A DNA stretch of 64,000 nt from Squalus acanthias (Eukaryota): the NCBI GenBank assembly GCA_030390025.1, contig CM059431.1, positions 135,968,001-136,032,000 on the forward strand, read 5' to 3'. Both the position numbers and the translations under genes were made by a program. Positions within the stretch are counted from its first letter, which is position 1. Each line of letters begins with the position of its first letter. The notes beneath the pieces were generated by a model that was not told the DNA's origin, ran no database searches, and was given only the letters and a program-made list of their open reading frames with translations. Shown here in pieces: positions 47,538 to 61,625 of the stretch.

Positions 47538-50500
47538 GAGTGTGACTGAGTGAGTGCAACTGAGTGTGTGACTGTGATTGAGTGTGTGACTGTGATTGAG
47601 TGAGTGAGTGTGACTGAGTGAGTGAGTGTGACTGAGTGAGTGAGTGAGTGTGACTGAGTGAGTGTGACAGAGTGACTGAGTGAATGAGACTGAATGATTA
47701 TGACTGAGTGAGCCATTGTGACTGAGTGAGCATGACTGAGTAATTGAGTGAATGAGTGAGAGTGAATGAGTGAATGTGACTGAATGAGCATCACTGAGTG
47801 CAACAGAATGAGTGAGTGAGTGTGACTGAGTTAATGTGACTGAGTTAGTGTGACTGAGTGAGTGTAACTGAGTGAGTGTGAGTGATTGAATGACTGTGAG
47901 TGAGTGTGACTGAAGACTGTGTGGCTGTGATTCTGCCTGAGTGCGAGTGACTGGGTGAGTGAGTGACTATGACTGAGTGAGCATGACAGAGTGAGTGAAT
48001 GACTGTGACTGAGTGACTGAGCGAGTGTGACAGATTGAGTGAGTGAAAGTGAGTGACTGAGTGAGCGTGACTGAGTGAGTGAAGGAATGAGAGTGACTGA
48101 GTGAGTGTAAGTGAGTGAGTGTGACTCAGTGAGTGAGACTGAATGATATTGACTGAGTGAGCCTTTGTGACTGAGTGAGCATGACTGAGTGAGTGAAGGA
48201 GTGAGAGTGACAGAGTGAGTGTAACTGAATGAGCAGCACTGAATATGACAGATTGAGTGAGTGAATTTTACTATGTGTGTGACTGAGTGAGTGGTACTGA
48301 GAGACTGTGACTGAGTGAGTGTGACTGATTGAGTGAGTGAGTGTGTGTGACTGATTGAGTGTGACTGAGTGAGTGTAAGTGAGTGCGAATGATTTTGGCT
48401 GAGTGAGCCATTGTGGCTGAGTGAGCATGACTGAGTGAGTGAGTGAATGAGTGAGTGTGACTGAATGAGCATCACTGAGTGTGACAGAGTGAGTGTGACT
48501 GAGTGAGTGTGACCGAGTGAATGTGATCGAGTGAGTGTGAGTGTGATTGAGTGAGTGTGATTTAGTGATCATGAGGCTGTGAGTCTGCCTGAGGGCGAGT
48601 GACTGAGTGAGTGAGTGACTATGACTGAGTGAGCATGACAGAGTGAGCGAGAGACTGTGACTGAGTGAGTGTGACTGAATGAGTGTGACTGAGCGAATGT
48701 GACTGGGTGAGTGACTGTGACTGAATGAGTGTGACTGAGTGAATGTGATGAGTGACTGAGTGAGTGAGTGTGACTGAGTGAGTGAGTGTGACTGAGTGAG
48801 TGTGACTGAGTGAGTGTGACTGAGTGAGTGAGTCTGATTGATTTTGACTGAGTGAGCCATTGTGACTGAGTGAGCATGACTGAGTGAGTGAGTGAATGAG
48901 TGAGCGTGAATGAGTGAGTGTGACTGAATGAGCATCTCTGAGTGTGACAGGGTGAGTGTGACTGAGTGACTGTGACCGAGTGAGTGTGAGTGTGATTGAG
49001 TGATCATAAGGCATGAGTCTGCCTGAGGGCGAGTGACTGAGTGAGCGAGAGACTGTGACTGAGTGAGTGTGACTGAGTGAGTGACTGTGTGAGTGTGACT
49101 CCATGATTGTGACTAAGTAAGTGATTGTCTGTGGCTGAGTGACTGTGATGGTGTGAGTGTGACTGAGTGAGTGAGAGTTACTGAGTGAGTGTGACTGAGT
49201 GAGTGTAACTGAGTGACTGAGTGAGTGTGACTGAGTGACTGAGTGAGTGTAAGTGAGTGAATGTGACTGAGTGAGTGAGATTGAATGATTTTGACTGAGT
49301 GAGCCATTGTGACTGAGTGAGTGAATGAGTGAGAATGAATGAGTGAGTGTGTCTGAATGAGCATCACTGAGTGTGACAGAGTGAGTGAGTGTTACTGGGT
49401 GTGCGACTGTGTGAGTGCAGCTGTGTGAGTGTGACTGAGTGAGTGTGACTAAGTGAGTGTGACTGAGTGAGTGACTGACTGAGTGAGTGTCATTGATTGA
49501 GTGAGTGAGTGTGACTGAGTAAGTGTGACTGAGTGAGTGAGTGATTGTCTGTGGCTGAGCGACTGTGATGGTGTGAGTGTGACTGAGTGAGTGAGTGTGA
49601 GTGAGTGAGTGTGACTGATTGAGTGTGACTGAGTGAGTGACCGAGTGAGTGTGACTGAGTGAGTGAGTGTAAGTGAGTGAGTGAGTGTGACTGATTGAGT
49701 GTGACTGAGTGAGTGACCGAGTGAGTGTGACTGAGTGAGTGACCGAGTGAGTGTGACTGAGTGAGTGAGTGTAAGTGAGTGAGTGAGACTGAATGATTGT
49801 GACTGAGTGAGCCATTGTGACTGAGTGAGCATGACTGAGTGAGTGAATGAATGAGAAAGTGAATGAGTGAGTGTGACTGAATGAGCATCACTGAGTGTGA
49901 CTGAGTGAGTGTGACCGAGTGAGTGTGATTGAGTGAGTGTGTTTGAGTGATCATGAGGCTGTGAGTCTGCCTCAGGGCGAGTGACTGAGTGAGTGAGTGA
50001 CTATGACAGAGTGAGCAAGAGACTGTGACTGAGTTAGTGTGACTGAATGAGTGTGACTGAGCGAGTGTGACTGAGTGACTGAGTGAGTGTGACTCCATGA
50101 GTGTGACTGAGTGAGTGATTGTCTGTGGCTGAGCGACTGTGACGGTGTGAGTGTGACTGAGTGAGTGAGTGAGAGTGAATGAGTGAGTGTGAATGAATGA
50201 GCATCACTGAGTGTGACAGAGTGAGTGAGTGTTACTGGGTGTGTGACTGTGTGAGTGTGACTGAGTAAGTGTGACTAAGTGACTGTATCAGAGTGAGAGA
50301 TTCTGAGTGAGTGTGGCTGATTGAGTGAGTGTGGCTGATTGTGTGATTGTGACTGAGTAATGAGTGAGTGTGACTGAGTGAGTGTGACAGAGTGAGTGTG
50401 ACAGAGTGAGTGTGACAGAGTGAGTGTGACAGAGTGAGTGTGACTGAGCGAGTGTGAGTGAGTGTGACTGTGAGGCTGTGAGTCTGCCTGAGTGTGAGTG

Positions 50501-53500
50501 ACTAAGTGAGTGAGTGAGTTTGACTGAGTTACTGTGACAGAGTGACTGTGAGTGAGTGTGACTGAGTGAGCATGACTGAGGGAGTGTGAATGAGTGAGTG
50601 TGACTGAGTGAGTGAGACTGAGTGAGTGAGACTGAGTGAGTGAGACTGAGTGACTGAGTTAGAGTGAGTATGATTGATTGAGTGTGACTGAGTAAAGTGT
50701 CACTGATTGAGTGAGTGAGTGTGACTCCATGAGTTTGACTTCATGAGTGTGAGTGAGTGATTGTCTGTGGCTGAGCAACTGTGATGGTGTGAGTGTGACT
50801 GAGTGAGAGTGACTGAGTGAGTAAGTGTGACTGAGTGAGTGACTGACTGAGTGAGTGTGACTAGGTGAGTGTTTCAGAGTGAGAGAGTCTGAGTGAGTGT
50901 GACTGATTGAGTGAGTGTGACTGAGTAAGTGAGTGAGTGCGACTGAGTGACTGAGTGAGTGTGACAGAGTGACTGAGTGAGTGTGACAGAGTGACTGAGT
51001 GAGTGTAAGTGAGTGAATGTGACTGAGTGAGTGAGACTGAATGATTTTGACTGAGTGAGCCATTGTGACTGAGTGAGTGAATGAGTAAGAGTAAATGAGT
51101 GAGAGTGAATGAGTGAGTGTGACTGAATGAGCATCACTGGGTGTGACCGTGAGTGTGACTGAGTGAGTGTGACAGAGTAAATGAGTGAGTGTAAGTGAGT
51201 GAGTGAGTGTGACTGATTGAGTGTGACTGATTGAGTGACTGAGTGAGTGTGACAGTGAGTGTGACTGAATGATTTTGACTGAGTGAGCCATTGTGACTCC
51301 GTGAGCATGACTGAGTGAGTGAATGAATGAGTGAGAGTGAATGAGTGAGTGTGATTGAATGAGCATCACTGAGTGTGACAGAGTGAGTGTGACAGAGTGA
51401 CTAACCGAGTGAGTGTGATTTAGTGATCATGAGGCTGTGAGGCTGCCTGAGGGCGAGTGACTGAGTGAGTGAGTGACTATGACTGAGTGAGCATGACAGA
51501 GTGAGCGAGAGACTGTGACTGAATGAGTATGACTGAGTGAATGTGACTGAGTGAGTGTGACTGAGTGAGTGTGTTAGAGTGAGTGTGACTGATTGAGTGA
51601 CTGTGACTGAGTGAGTGTGTTTGTGATTGAGCGACTGCAAGTGACTGTGACTGTGAGGCTGTGAGTCTGCCTGAGTGTGAGTGACTGAGTGAGTTTGACT
51701 GAGTGACTGTGACAGAGTGACTGAGAGTGAGTGTGACTGAGTGAACGTGACTGAGGGAGTGTGAGTGAGTGAGTGTGAATGAGTGCGTGAGTTAGAGTGA
51801 GTGTCATTGATTGAGTGAGTGTGACTGAGTGAGTGTCACTGATTGAGTGAGTGAGTGTGATTCCATGAGTTTGACTTCACGAGTGTGAGTGAGTGATTGT
51901 CTGTGGCTGAGCGACTGTGATGGTGTCAGTGTGACTGAGTGAGTGAGAGTGACTGAGTGAATGTGACTGAGTGAGTGTGACTGAGTGAGTGAGTGAATGT
52001 GAATGAGTGAGTGTGACTGAGTGAGTGTCACTGAGTGAGTGAGAGTGACTGAGTGAGTGAGAGTGACTGAGTGAGTGTGACTGAGTGAGTGTGACTGAGT
52101 GAGTGTCATTGATTGAGTGAGTGAGTGAGTGTGACTGAGTAAGTGTGACTGAGTGAGTGAGTGTGACTAAGTGAGTGTTTCAGAGTGAGAGTCTGAGTGA
52201 GTGTGACTGATTGACTGAGTGAGTGTGACTGAGTAAGTGAGTGAGTGTGGCTGAGTAAGTGTGACAGTGACTGAGTGAGTGTAAGTGAGTGAGTGAGTGT
52301 GACTGAGTGTGAGTGACTGAATGAGCATGACTGAGTGAGTGAGACTGAATGAGTGTAAGTGAGTGAGTGTGACTGAATGAGCATCACTGAGTGTGACAGA
52401 GTGAGTGTGACCGAGTGAGTGTGAGTGTAATTGAGTGATCATGAGGCTGTGTGTCTGCCTGAGGGCGAGTAACTGAGTGAGTGAGTGACTATGACTGAGT
52501 GAACATGAGTGAGTGAGTGTAAGTGAGTGAGTGTGACTGAATGAGCATCACTGAGTGTGACAGAGTGAATGTGACTGAGTGAGTGACTGTGACTGTAGAG
52601 TGTGACTGAGTGAGTGTCACTGAATGAGTGAGTGAGTGTGACTGAATGAGTGTAACTGAGCGAGTGTGACTGAGTGTGACTCCATGAGTGTGACTGAGTG
52701 AGTGAGTGATTGTCTGTAGCTGAGCGACTGTGATGGTGTGAGCGTGACTGAGTGAGTGAGAGTGACTGAGTGAGTGACTGAGTGAGTGTTACTAAGTGAG
52801 TGTGTCAGAGTGAGAGTTTGAGTGAGTGTGACTGATTGACTGAGTGAGTGTGACTGAGTGAGTGAGTGACTGAGTGAGTGTGACTCAGTAAGTGAGTGAG
52901 TGTGACTGAGTGAGTGTGACTGAGTGAGTGTGAGTGTGATTGAGTGACTGAGTGAGTGTGACTGTGAGGCTGTGAGTTTGCCTGAGTTACTGACTGAATG
53001 AGTGACTGTGACAGAGTGACTGTGAGTGAGTGAGAGTGAGTGATCGTGTCTGAGTGAGTGTAACTGAATGAGTGTGTGACAGTGATTGAGTGAGTGAATG
53101 AGTGAGTACGAGTGACTGAGGGAGTGTAACAGCATGTGTGTGCCTTAGTGAGTGCGACTGAGAGACTGTGACTGAGTAAGTGAGTGAGTGTGACTGAGTG
53201 AGTGAATGACAGTGACTGAATGAGTGTGACTGAGTGAGTGTATTGGAATGATTGTGACTCAGTGAGAGTGACCAGGTGACTGAGACCGAGTGAGTGTGAA
53301 TAAGTAAGTGTGACTGAGCAACTGTGACTGATTGACTGAGTGAGTGTGACTGGGTGAGTGAGTGTGACTGATTGAGTGAGAGTGAGTGATCGTGTCTGAG
53401 TGAGTGTAACTGAATGAGTGTGTGACAGTGATTGAGTGAGTGAATGAGTGAGTACGAGTGACTGAGGGAGTGTAACAGCATGTGTGTGCCTGATTGAGTG

Positions 53501-56500
53501 CGACTGAGTGAGTGCGACTGATTGAGTGAGTGAGTGTGACTGAGTGACTGAGTGAGTGTGACTGAGTGACTCACTGAGTGAATGGCTGTGACAGAGTGAC
53601 TGTGATTGAGTGAGCGTGACTGAGTGAGCGTGACTGAGGGAGTGTGAATGAGTGAGTGTGACTGTGTGTGTGACTGTAATTGAGTGAGTGAGTAAGTATG
53701 ACTGAGTGAATGACTGACTGAGTGAGTGTGACTAAATGAGTGTGTCAGAGTGAGAGAGTCTGAGTGAGCGTGACTGACTGAGTGAGTGTGATTGAGCAAC
53801 TGTGAGTGAGTGTGACTGTGAGGCTGTGAGTGTAATGGCATGTGTGTGCCTGATTGAGTGTGACTGAGTAAGTGAGTGAGTGTGACTCGGTGAGTGAGTG
53901 ACAGTGACTGGGTGAGTGTGACTGAGTGATTGTAATGGAATGAATGTAACTCAGTGAGTGTGACCAGGTGAGTGAGACCGAGTGAGTGTGACTAAGTAAG
54001 TGTGACTGAGCAACAGTGACTGATTGACTGAGTAAGTGTGACTGGGTGAGTGATTGTGACTCAATGACTGCGAGTGACTGAGTGAGTCTGACTGATTGAG
54101 TGAGAGTGAGTGATCGTGTCTGAGTGAGTGTGAATGATTGTGTGTGACTGAATGAGTGGGACTGAGTGTGTGACAGTGCTCGAGTGAGTAAGTGTGACTG
54201 AGGGTGTGTAACAGCATGTGTGTGCCTGATTGAGTGTGACTGAGTGAGTGAGTCTGACTGAGTGAGTGAAAGTGACGTGAGTGAGAGTGAGTCAGTGAGT
54301 CTGTCTGAGTGAGTGAAAGTGACGGAGTGAGTGCGGCTGAGTGAGTGTGAGTGAGTCTGACTGAGTGAGTGAGAGTGACGGAGTGAGTGCGGCTGAGTGA
54401 GTGAGAGTGAGTGAGTGAGTGAGTCTGACTGAGTGAGTGAGTGAGTGAGAGTGAGTCAGTGAGTCTGTCTGAGTGAGTGAAAGTGACGGAGTGAGTGCGG
54501 CTGAGTGAGTGTGAGTGAGTGAGTCAGTGAGTCTGACTGAGTGAGTGAGAGTGACGGAGTGAGTGCGGCTGAGTGAGTGTGAGTGAGTGAGTCAGTGAGT
54601 CTGACTGAGTGAGTGAGAGTGACGGAGTGAGTGCGGCTGAGTGAGTGTGAGTGAGTGAGTGAGTCTGACTGAGTGAGTGAGAGTGACGGAGTGAGTGCGG
54701 CTGAGTGAGTGTGAGTGAGTGAGTGAGTCTGACTGAGTGAGTGAGAGTGACGGAGTGAGTGCGGCTGAGTGAGTGTGAGTGAGTGAGTGAGTCTGACTGA
54801 GTGAGTGAGAGTGACGGAGTGAGTGCGGCTGTGTGAGTGAGTGTGAGTGAGAGTGAGTCTGACTGAGTGAGTGAGAGTGACGGAGTGAGTGCGGCTGAGT
54901 GAGTGTGAGTGAGTGAGAGTGAGTCAGTGAGTCTGTCTGAGTGAGTGAAAGTGATGGAGTGAGTGCAGCTGAGTGAGTGTGAGTGAGAGTGAGTCAGTGA
55001 GTCTGACTGAGTGAGTGAAAGTGACGGAGTGAGTGCGGCTGAGTGAGTGTGAGTGAGTGAGTGAGAGTGAGTCTGACTGAGTGAGTAAAAGTGACGGAGT
55101 GAGTGCGGCTGTGTGAGTGTGAGTGAGTGAGAGTGAGTCAGTGAGTCTGACTGAGTGAGTGAAAGTGACGGAGTGAGTGTGGCTGAGTGAGTGTGAGTGA
55201 GTGAGTGAGTGAGTCTGACTGAGTGAGTGAGAGTGAGTGTGTGAGTGTGACTGAGAGACTGACTGAGTTAGTGAGTGAGTGTGGCTGAGGGAGTGTAATG
55301 GCATGTGTGTGCCTGATTGAGTGTGACTGAGTGAGTGAGTGAGAGTGACTGAGTCTGACTGAGTGAGTGAGCGTAACTGAGAGACTGTTACTGAGCGAGG
55401 GAGAGAGTGTGACTGAGTGAGTGAATCTGACTGAGTTTTTGTGACTGAGTGAGTGACAGTGATTGAGTAAGTGTGACTGATTGAGTGAGTGAATGAGCGT
55501 GACTGTGTGAATGAGTGACTGAGCGAGTGTGACTGAGTGTAAGTGAGTGACTGAGTGAGTGTAACTGAGTGAGTGAATGAGTGATTGTGGCTGAGCGAAT
55601 GTGATGGTGAGTGTGACTGAGTGAGTGAGAGAGACTGAGTGAGTAAGTGTGACTGAGTGAGTCTGACTGAGTGAGAGTGAGTGTGAATGATTGTGTGTGA
55701 CTGAATAAGTGGAACTGAGTGTGTGACAGTGCTTGAGTGAGTGAGTGAGTAAGTGTGACTGAGGGAGTGTAACAGCATGTGTGTGCCTGATTTAGTGTGA
55801 CTGAGTGAGTGAGTCTGACTGAGTGAGTGCGTGCGACTGAGTGAGTGTGAGTGAGTGAGTCTGACTGAGTGAGTGAGAGTGAGTGTGTGAGTGTGACTGA
55901 GAGACTGACTGAGTTAGTGAGTGAGTGTGGCTGAGGGAGTGTAACGGCATGTGTGTGCCTGATTGAGTGTGACTGAGTGAGTGAGTGAGAGTGACTGAGG
56001 CTGACTGAGCGAGTGAGTGTGACTGAGAGACTGTGACTGAGCGAGGGAGAGAGTGTGACTGAGTGAGTGAGTCTGATTGAATGAGTGAGTGAGTGAATCT
56101 GACTGAGAGTTTGTGACTGAGTGAGTGACTGTGACTGAGTGAGTGTGACTGAATGAGTGTGACTGAGTGAGCGTGACTGTGTGAATGAGTGACTGAGCGA
56201 GTGTGACAGAGTGACTGTGTGTAAGTGAGTGACTGAGTGAGTGTAACTGAGTGAGTGAATGAGTGAGTGACTGAGTGAGTGTAACTGAATGAGCAGCACC
56301 GAATACGACAGATTGAGTGAGTGAGTGTGACTGAGTGACTGAGTGTGACTGAGTGAGTGTGACTGATTGAGTGACTGTGACTGAGTGAGTGTCACTGATT
56401 GAGTGAGTGAGTGTTACTCCATGAGTGTGACTCCATGAGAGTGACTGAGTGAGTGAGTGATTGTCGGTGGCTGAGCGAATGTGATGGTGTTAGTGTGAGT

Positions 56501-58752
56501 GAGTGAGAGAGACTGAGTGAGTAAGTGTGACTGAGTGAGTGACTGACTGAGTGAGTGTGACTAAGTGAGTGTGTCAGAGTGAGAGTCTGAGTGAGTGTGA
56601 CTGATTGACTGAGTGAGTGTGACTGAGTAAGTGAGTGAGTGGCTGAGTGAGTGACTGAGTGAGTGTAAGTGAGTGAGTGTGACTGAGTGAGTGACTGAGT
56701 GAGTGACTGAATGAGCGTGACTGAATGAGCGTGACTGAGTGAGTGAGTGAGTGTAATTGAGTGATCACGAGGCTGTGAGTCTGCCTGAGGGCGAGTGACT
56801 GAGTGAGTGAGTGACTATAACTGAGTGAGTGTGACTGAATGTGTATGACTGAGTGAATGTGACTGAGTGAGCGATTGTGACTGAGTGAGTGTGACTCCAT
56901 GAGTGTGACTGAGTGAGTGAGTGATTGTCTGTGGCTGAGCGGCTGTGACGGTGTGAGCGTGACTGAGTGCTTGAGTGAGAGTGACTGAGTGAGTAAGTGA
57001 CTGATTGAGTGAGTGACTGAGTGAGTGTGACTAAGTGAGTGTGTCAGAGTGAGAGAGTTCGAGTGAGTGTGACTGATTGACTGAGTGAGTGTGACTGAGT
57101 AAGTGAGTGAGTGTGACTCCATGAGTGTGACTGAGTAAGTGAGTGAGTGTGACAGAGTGAGTGTGGCAGAGTGAGTGAGTGACTGAATGAGTGTAACTGA
57201 ATGAGCAGCACCGAATACGACAGATTGAGTGAGTGAGTGTGACTGAGTGACTGTGAGTGAGTGTGACTGTGAGGCTGTGAGTTTGCCTGAGGGTGAGTGA
57301 GTGAGTGAGTTTGACTGAGTTACTGACTGAGTGAGTGACTGTGACAGAGTGACTGTGAGTGAGTGTGACTGCGTGAGTGTGACTGAGGGAGTGTGAATGA
57401 GTGAGTGTGACTGAGTGAGTGACTGAGTGTGTGACTGAGTGAGTGAGTGTGTCTGAGAGAGTGTAACGGCATGTGTGTGCCTTAGTGAGTGCGACTGAAT
57501 GAGTGTGACTGAGAGACTGTGACTGAGTAAGTGAGTGAGTGTGACTGGGTGAGTGAGTGACAGTGACTGAAAGAGTGTTACTGAGTGAGTGTATTGGAAT
57601 GATTGTGACTCAGTGAGAGTGACCAGGTGACTAAGACCGAGTGAGTGTGAATAAGTAAGTGTGACTGAGCAACTGTGACTGAGTGAGGGTGACTGGGTGA
57701 GTGAGTGTGACTGATTGCGAGAGTGAGTGATCGTGTCTGAGTGAGTGTGACTCAATAAATGTGTGACAGTGATTGAGTGAGTGAATGAGTGAGTAAGTGT
57801 GACTGAGGGAGTGTAACAGCATGTGTGTGCCTGATTGAGTGCGACTGAGTGAGTGAGTCAGTGTGACTGAGAGACTGTGACTGAGTGATGGAGTGAGTGC
57901 AACAGAGTGAGTGAGTGAGAGTGACTGAGTGAGAGTGACTGAGTGAGAGTGACTGAGTGAGTGACTGTGACTGAGTAAGTGAGTGAGTGAGAGTGACTGA
58001 GTGAGTGTGACTGATTGAGTAAGTGAGTGTGACTGAATGAGTGTGACTGAGTGAATGGCTGTGACAGTGACTGTGAGTGAGTGTGACTGAGTGAGCGTGA
58101 CTGAGGGAGTGTGAATGAGTGAGTGACTGAGCATGTGACTGAGTGAGTGAGTGTGTCTGAGAGAGTGTAACGGCATGTGAGTGCGACTGAGTGAGTGTGA
58201 CTGAGAGACTGACTGAGTAAGTGAGTGAGTGTGACTGGGTGAGTGAGTGACAGTGACTGAATGAATGTGACTGAGTGAGTGTATTGGAATGATTGTGACT
58301 CAGTGAGAGTGACCAAGTGAGTGACAGCTAGTGTGTGCGACTAAGTAAATGTGACTGTGAGACTGTGACTGAGTGACTCAGTGAGTGTGACTGGGTGAGT
58401 GAGTGTGAGTGAGCGTGACTGAGTGAGTGTGACTGAATGAGTGTGGCTGAGTGTGTGACTGTGATTGAGTGAGTGATTGAATGTGACTGAGGGAGTGTAA
58501 TGGCGTGCGTGTGCCTGATTGAGTGTGACTGAGTGAGTGAGTGAGAGTGACTGAGTGGGTCTGACTGAGTGAGTGAGTGTGACAGAGTGACTGAGTGAGT
58601 GTAAGTGAGTGAGTGTGACTGAGTGAGTGAGACTGAGTGAGCCATTGTGACTGAGTGAGCATAACTGATTGAGTGAGTGAATGAGTGAGAGTAAATGAGT
58701 GAATGTGACTGAATGAGCATCACTGAGGGTGACAGAGTGAGTGAGTGTTAAT

Positions 58753-61625
58753 ATGGCTTGAAGTGTGTCTACTTCAATGCAAGGAGCATCCGGAATAAGG
58801 TAGGAGAACTTGGAGCGTGGATTGGTACTTGGGACTACGATGTGGTGGCCATTACGGAGACATGGTTAGAACAGGGACAGGAATGGTTGTTGGAAGTTCC
58901 GGGGTATAGATGTTTCAGTAAGAGTAGGGAAGTTGGTAAGAAAGGTGGGGGAGTAGCATTGTTAATCAAGAATAGTTTAACAGCGGCAGAAAGGCAGTTC
59001 GAGGGGGATCTGCCGTCTGAGGTAATATGGGCTGAAGTTAGAAATAGGAAAGGAGCGGTCACGTTGTTAGGAGTTTTCTACAGGCCCCCAAATAGTAATA
59101 AAGATGTGGAGGAAGAAATTGCAAAGCAGATTATGAATAGGTGTGGAGGTCACAGAGTAGTTGTCATGGGTGACTTCAACTTTCCAAATATTGATTGGAA
59201 CCTTTATAGGTCAAACAGTTCGGATGGGATAGTTTTTGCACAGTGTGTGCAGGAGGGTTTCCTGACACAATACGTGGATAGGCCGACAAGAGGTGGGGCC
59301 ACGTTGGATTTGGTACTGGGTAATGAACCGGGCCAAGTGTTTGATTTGCATGTGGGAGAGCACTTTGGAGATAGTGACCACAATTCGGTAACTTTCACTA
59401 TTGCAATGGAGAGGGATAGGGCCATACGGCAGGGCAGGGTTTATAATTGGGGGAGGGGTAATTATGATGCGATTAGGCAAGAATTAGGGAGTATAAGATG
59501 GGAACAGAAACTATCAGGGAAAGGCACAAACGAAAAGTGGAGCTTTTTCATGGAGCAATTACTGCGTGTCCTTGATAGGTATGTCCCTGTCAGGCAGGGA
59601 GGAAATGGCCGAGTGAGAGAACCATGGTTCACAAAAGAGGTTGAATGTCTAGTCAAGAGGAAAAAGGAAGCGTATGTAAGGATGAGAAAACAAGGTTCAG
59701 TTGGGTCGATTGAGGGGTACAAGGTAGCAAGGAATGAGCTAAAAAAAGAGCTTAGGAGAGCTAGGAGGGGGCATGAGAAGTCCTTGGCGGGTCGGATCAA
59801 GAAAAACCCCAAGGCTTTTTACTCTTATGTGAGAAATAAAAGAATGACCAGGGTGAGGGTAGGGCCGGTCAAGGACAGTAGTGGGAACTTGTGCATGGAG
59901 TCAGAAGAGATAGGAGAGGTGATGAATGAATACTTTTCGTCAGTGTTCACCGAGGAGAGGGGCCATGTTCTTGAGGATGAGAGTGTGATAAAGGTGGATA
60001 GGCTGGAGATGGTAGATGTTCTGAGGGAAGATGTTTTAGCAATTTTGAAGAACCTGAGGGTCGATAAGTCCCCTGGGCCAGATGGGATATATCCTAGGAT
60101 TCTTTGGGAGGCAAGGGAGGAGATTGCAGAGCCTCTGGCTTTGATCTTTGGGTCCTCACTGTCCACGGGGATGGTGCCAGAGGACTGGAGAGTGGCGAAT
60201 GTTGTTCCTCTCTTCAAGAAAGGAAATAGGAATGACCCTGGTAATTATAGGCCGGTTAGTCTTACTTCGGTGGTTGGTAAGATAATGGAAAAGGTCCTGA
60301 GGGATAGGATTTATGACCATTTGGAAAGGGGCAACTTAATCAGGGATAGTCAACACGGATTCGTGAAGGGTAAGTCTTGCCTAACAAATTTGATTGAATT
60401 CTTTGAGGAGGTAACTAAGTGTGTAGATGAAGGTAGAGCAGTTGATGTCGTATACATGGATTTTAGTAAGGCGTTTGATAAGGTTCCACATGGTCGTCTC
60501 ATGAAGAAAGTAAGGAGTTGTGGGATAGAGGGAAATTTGGCCGATTGGATAAGTAACTGGCTAACTCATAGAAGGCAGAGGGTGGTGGTGGATGGAACAT
60601 TTTCGGACTGGAGACCAGTTACCAGCGGTGTGCCACAGGGGTCGGTGCTGGGTCCTCTGCTGTTTGTGATTTTTATCAATGACTTGGAGGAGGGGACTGA
60701 AGGGTGGATCAGTAAATTTGCTGATGACACCAAGATTGGTGGAGTAGTGGATGAGGTGGAGGGCAGTTGTAGGCTGCAAAGAGACATTGATAGGATGCAG
60801 AGCTGGGCCGAAAAATGGCAGATGGAATTTAACCCTGATAAGTGCGAGGTGATTCATTTTGGTAGGGAAAATTTGAATAAGGATTACAGGGTCAATGGCA
60901 GGGTTCTGAGGAACGTGGAGGAGCAGAGGGATCTGGGGGTTCATATCCACAGATCTCTGCAGGTTGCCACTCAAGTGGACAGAGCAGTAAAGAAGGCCTA
61001 TGGTGTGTTAGCGTTTATTAACAGAGGGTTTGAGTTTAAGAACCGTGAGGTTATGCTGCAACTGTACAGGACCTTGGTGAGACCACATTTGGAATATTGT
61101 GTGCAGTTCTGGTCACCTCACTATAGGAAGGACGTAGAAGCATTGGAAAGAGTGCAAAGGAGATTTACCAGGATGCTGCCTGGTTTGGGGGGGAGGTCTT
61201 ATGAGGAAAGATTGAGGGAGTTGGGGCTTTCTCTTTAGAGCGGAGGAGGATGAGAGGCGACTTAATAGAGGTTTATAAGATGATGAGGGGGATAGATAGA
61301 GTGGATGTTCAGAGACTATTTCCTCGGGTAGAGGCAGCTGTTACAAGGGGGCATAACTATAAGGTGCATGGGGGGAGATATAGAAGGGATGTCCGAGGTA
61401 GATTCTTTACTCAGAGAGTGGTTGGGGTGTGGAATGGACTGCCTGCTGTGATAGTGGAGTCGGACACTTTAGGAACTTTCAAGCGGTTATTGGATAAGCA
61501 CATGGAGCACACCAGAGTGATAGGGAGTGTGATAGCTTGATCTTGGTCTCGGACAATGCTCGGCACAACATCGAGGGCCGAAGGGCCTGTACTGTGCTGT
61601 ACTGTTCTATGTTCTATGTTCTATG
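58753..61625 (+). mobile_element. Young CR1 LINE, near-identical twin of 33275-36694, 5'-truncated at the ORF2 start, with one frameshift
   Basis: ORFs 58758-61238 and 61250-61540 nearly identical to 33592-36609; ggggctttctct versus ggggcttttctct (1-nt loss at ~61230). Confidence 0.95.

Noticed and set aside
181..60974. Numerous antisense ORFs overlapping CR1 and Penelope coding regions (e.g. 181-654, 2025-2360, 35629-36156, 60561-60974)
   Set aside because: Shadow ORFs of LINE/PLE coding sequence, recurring in each copy
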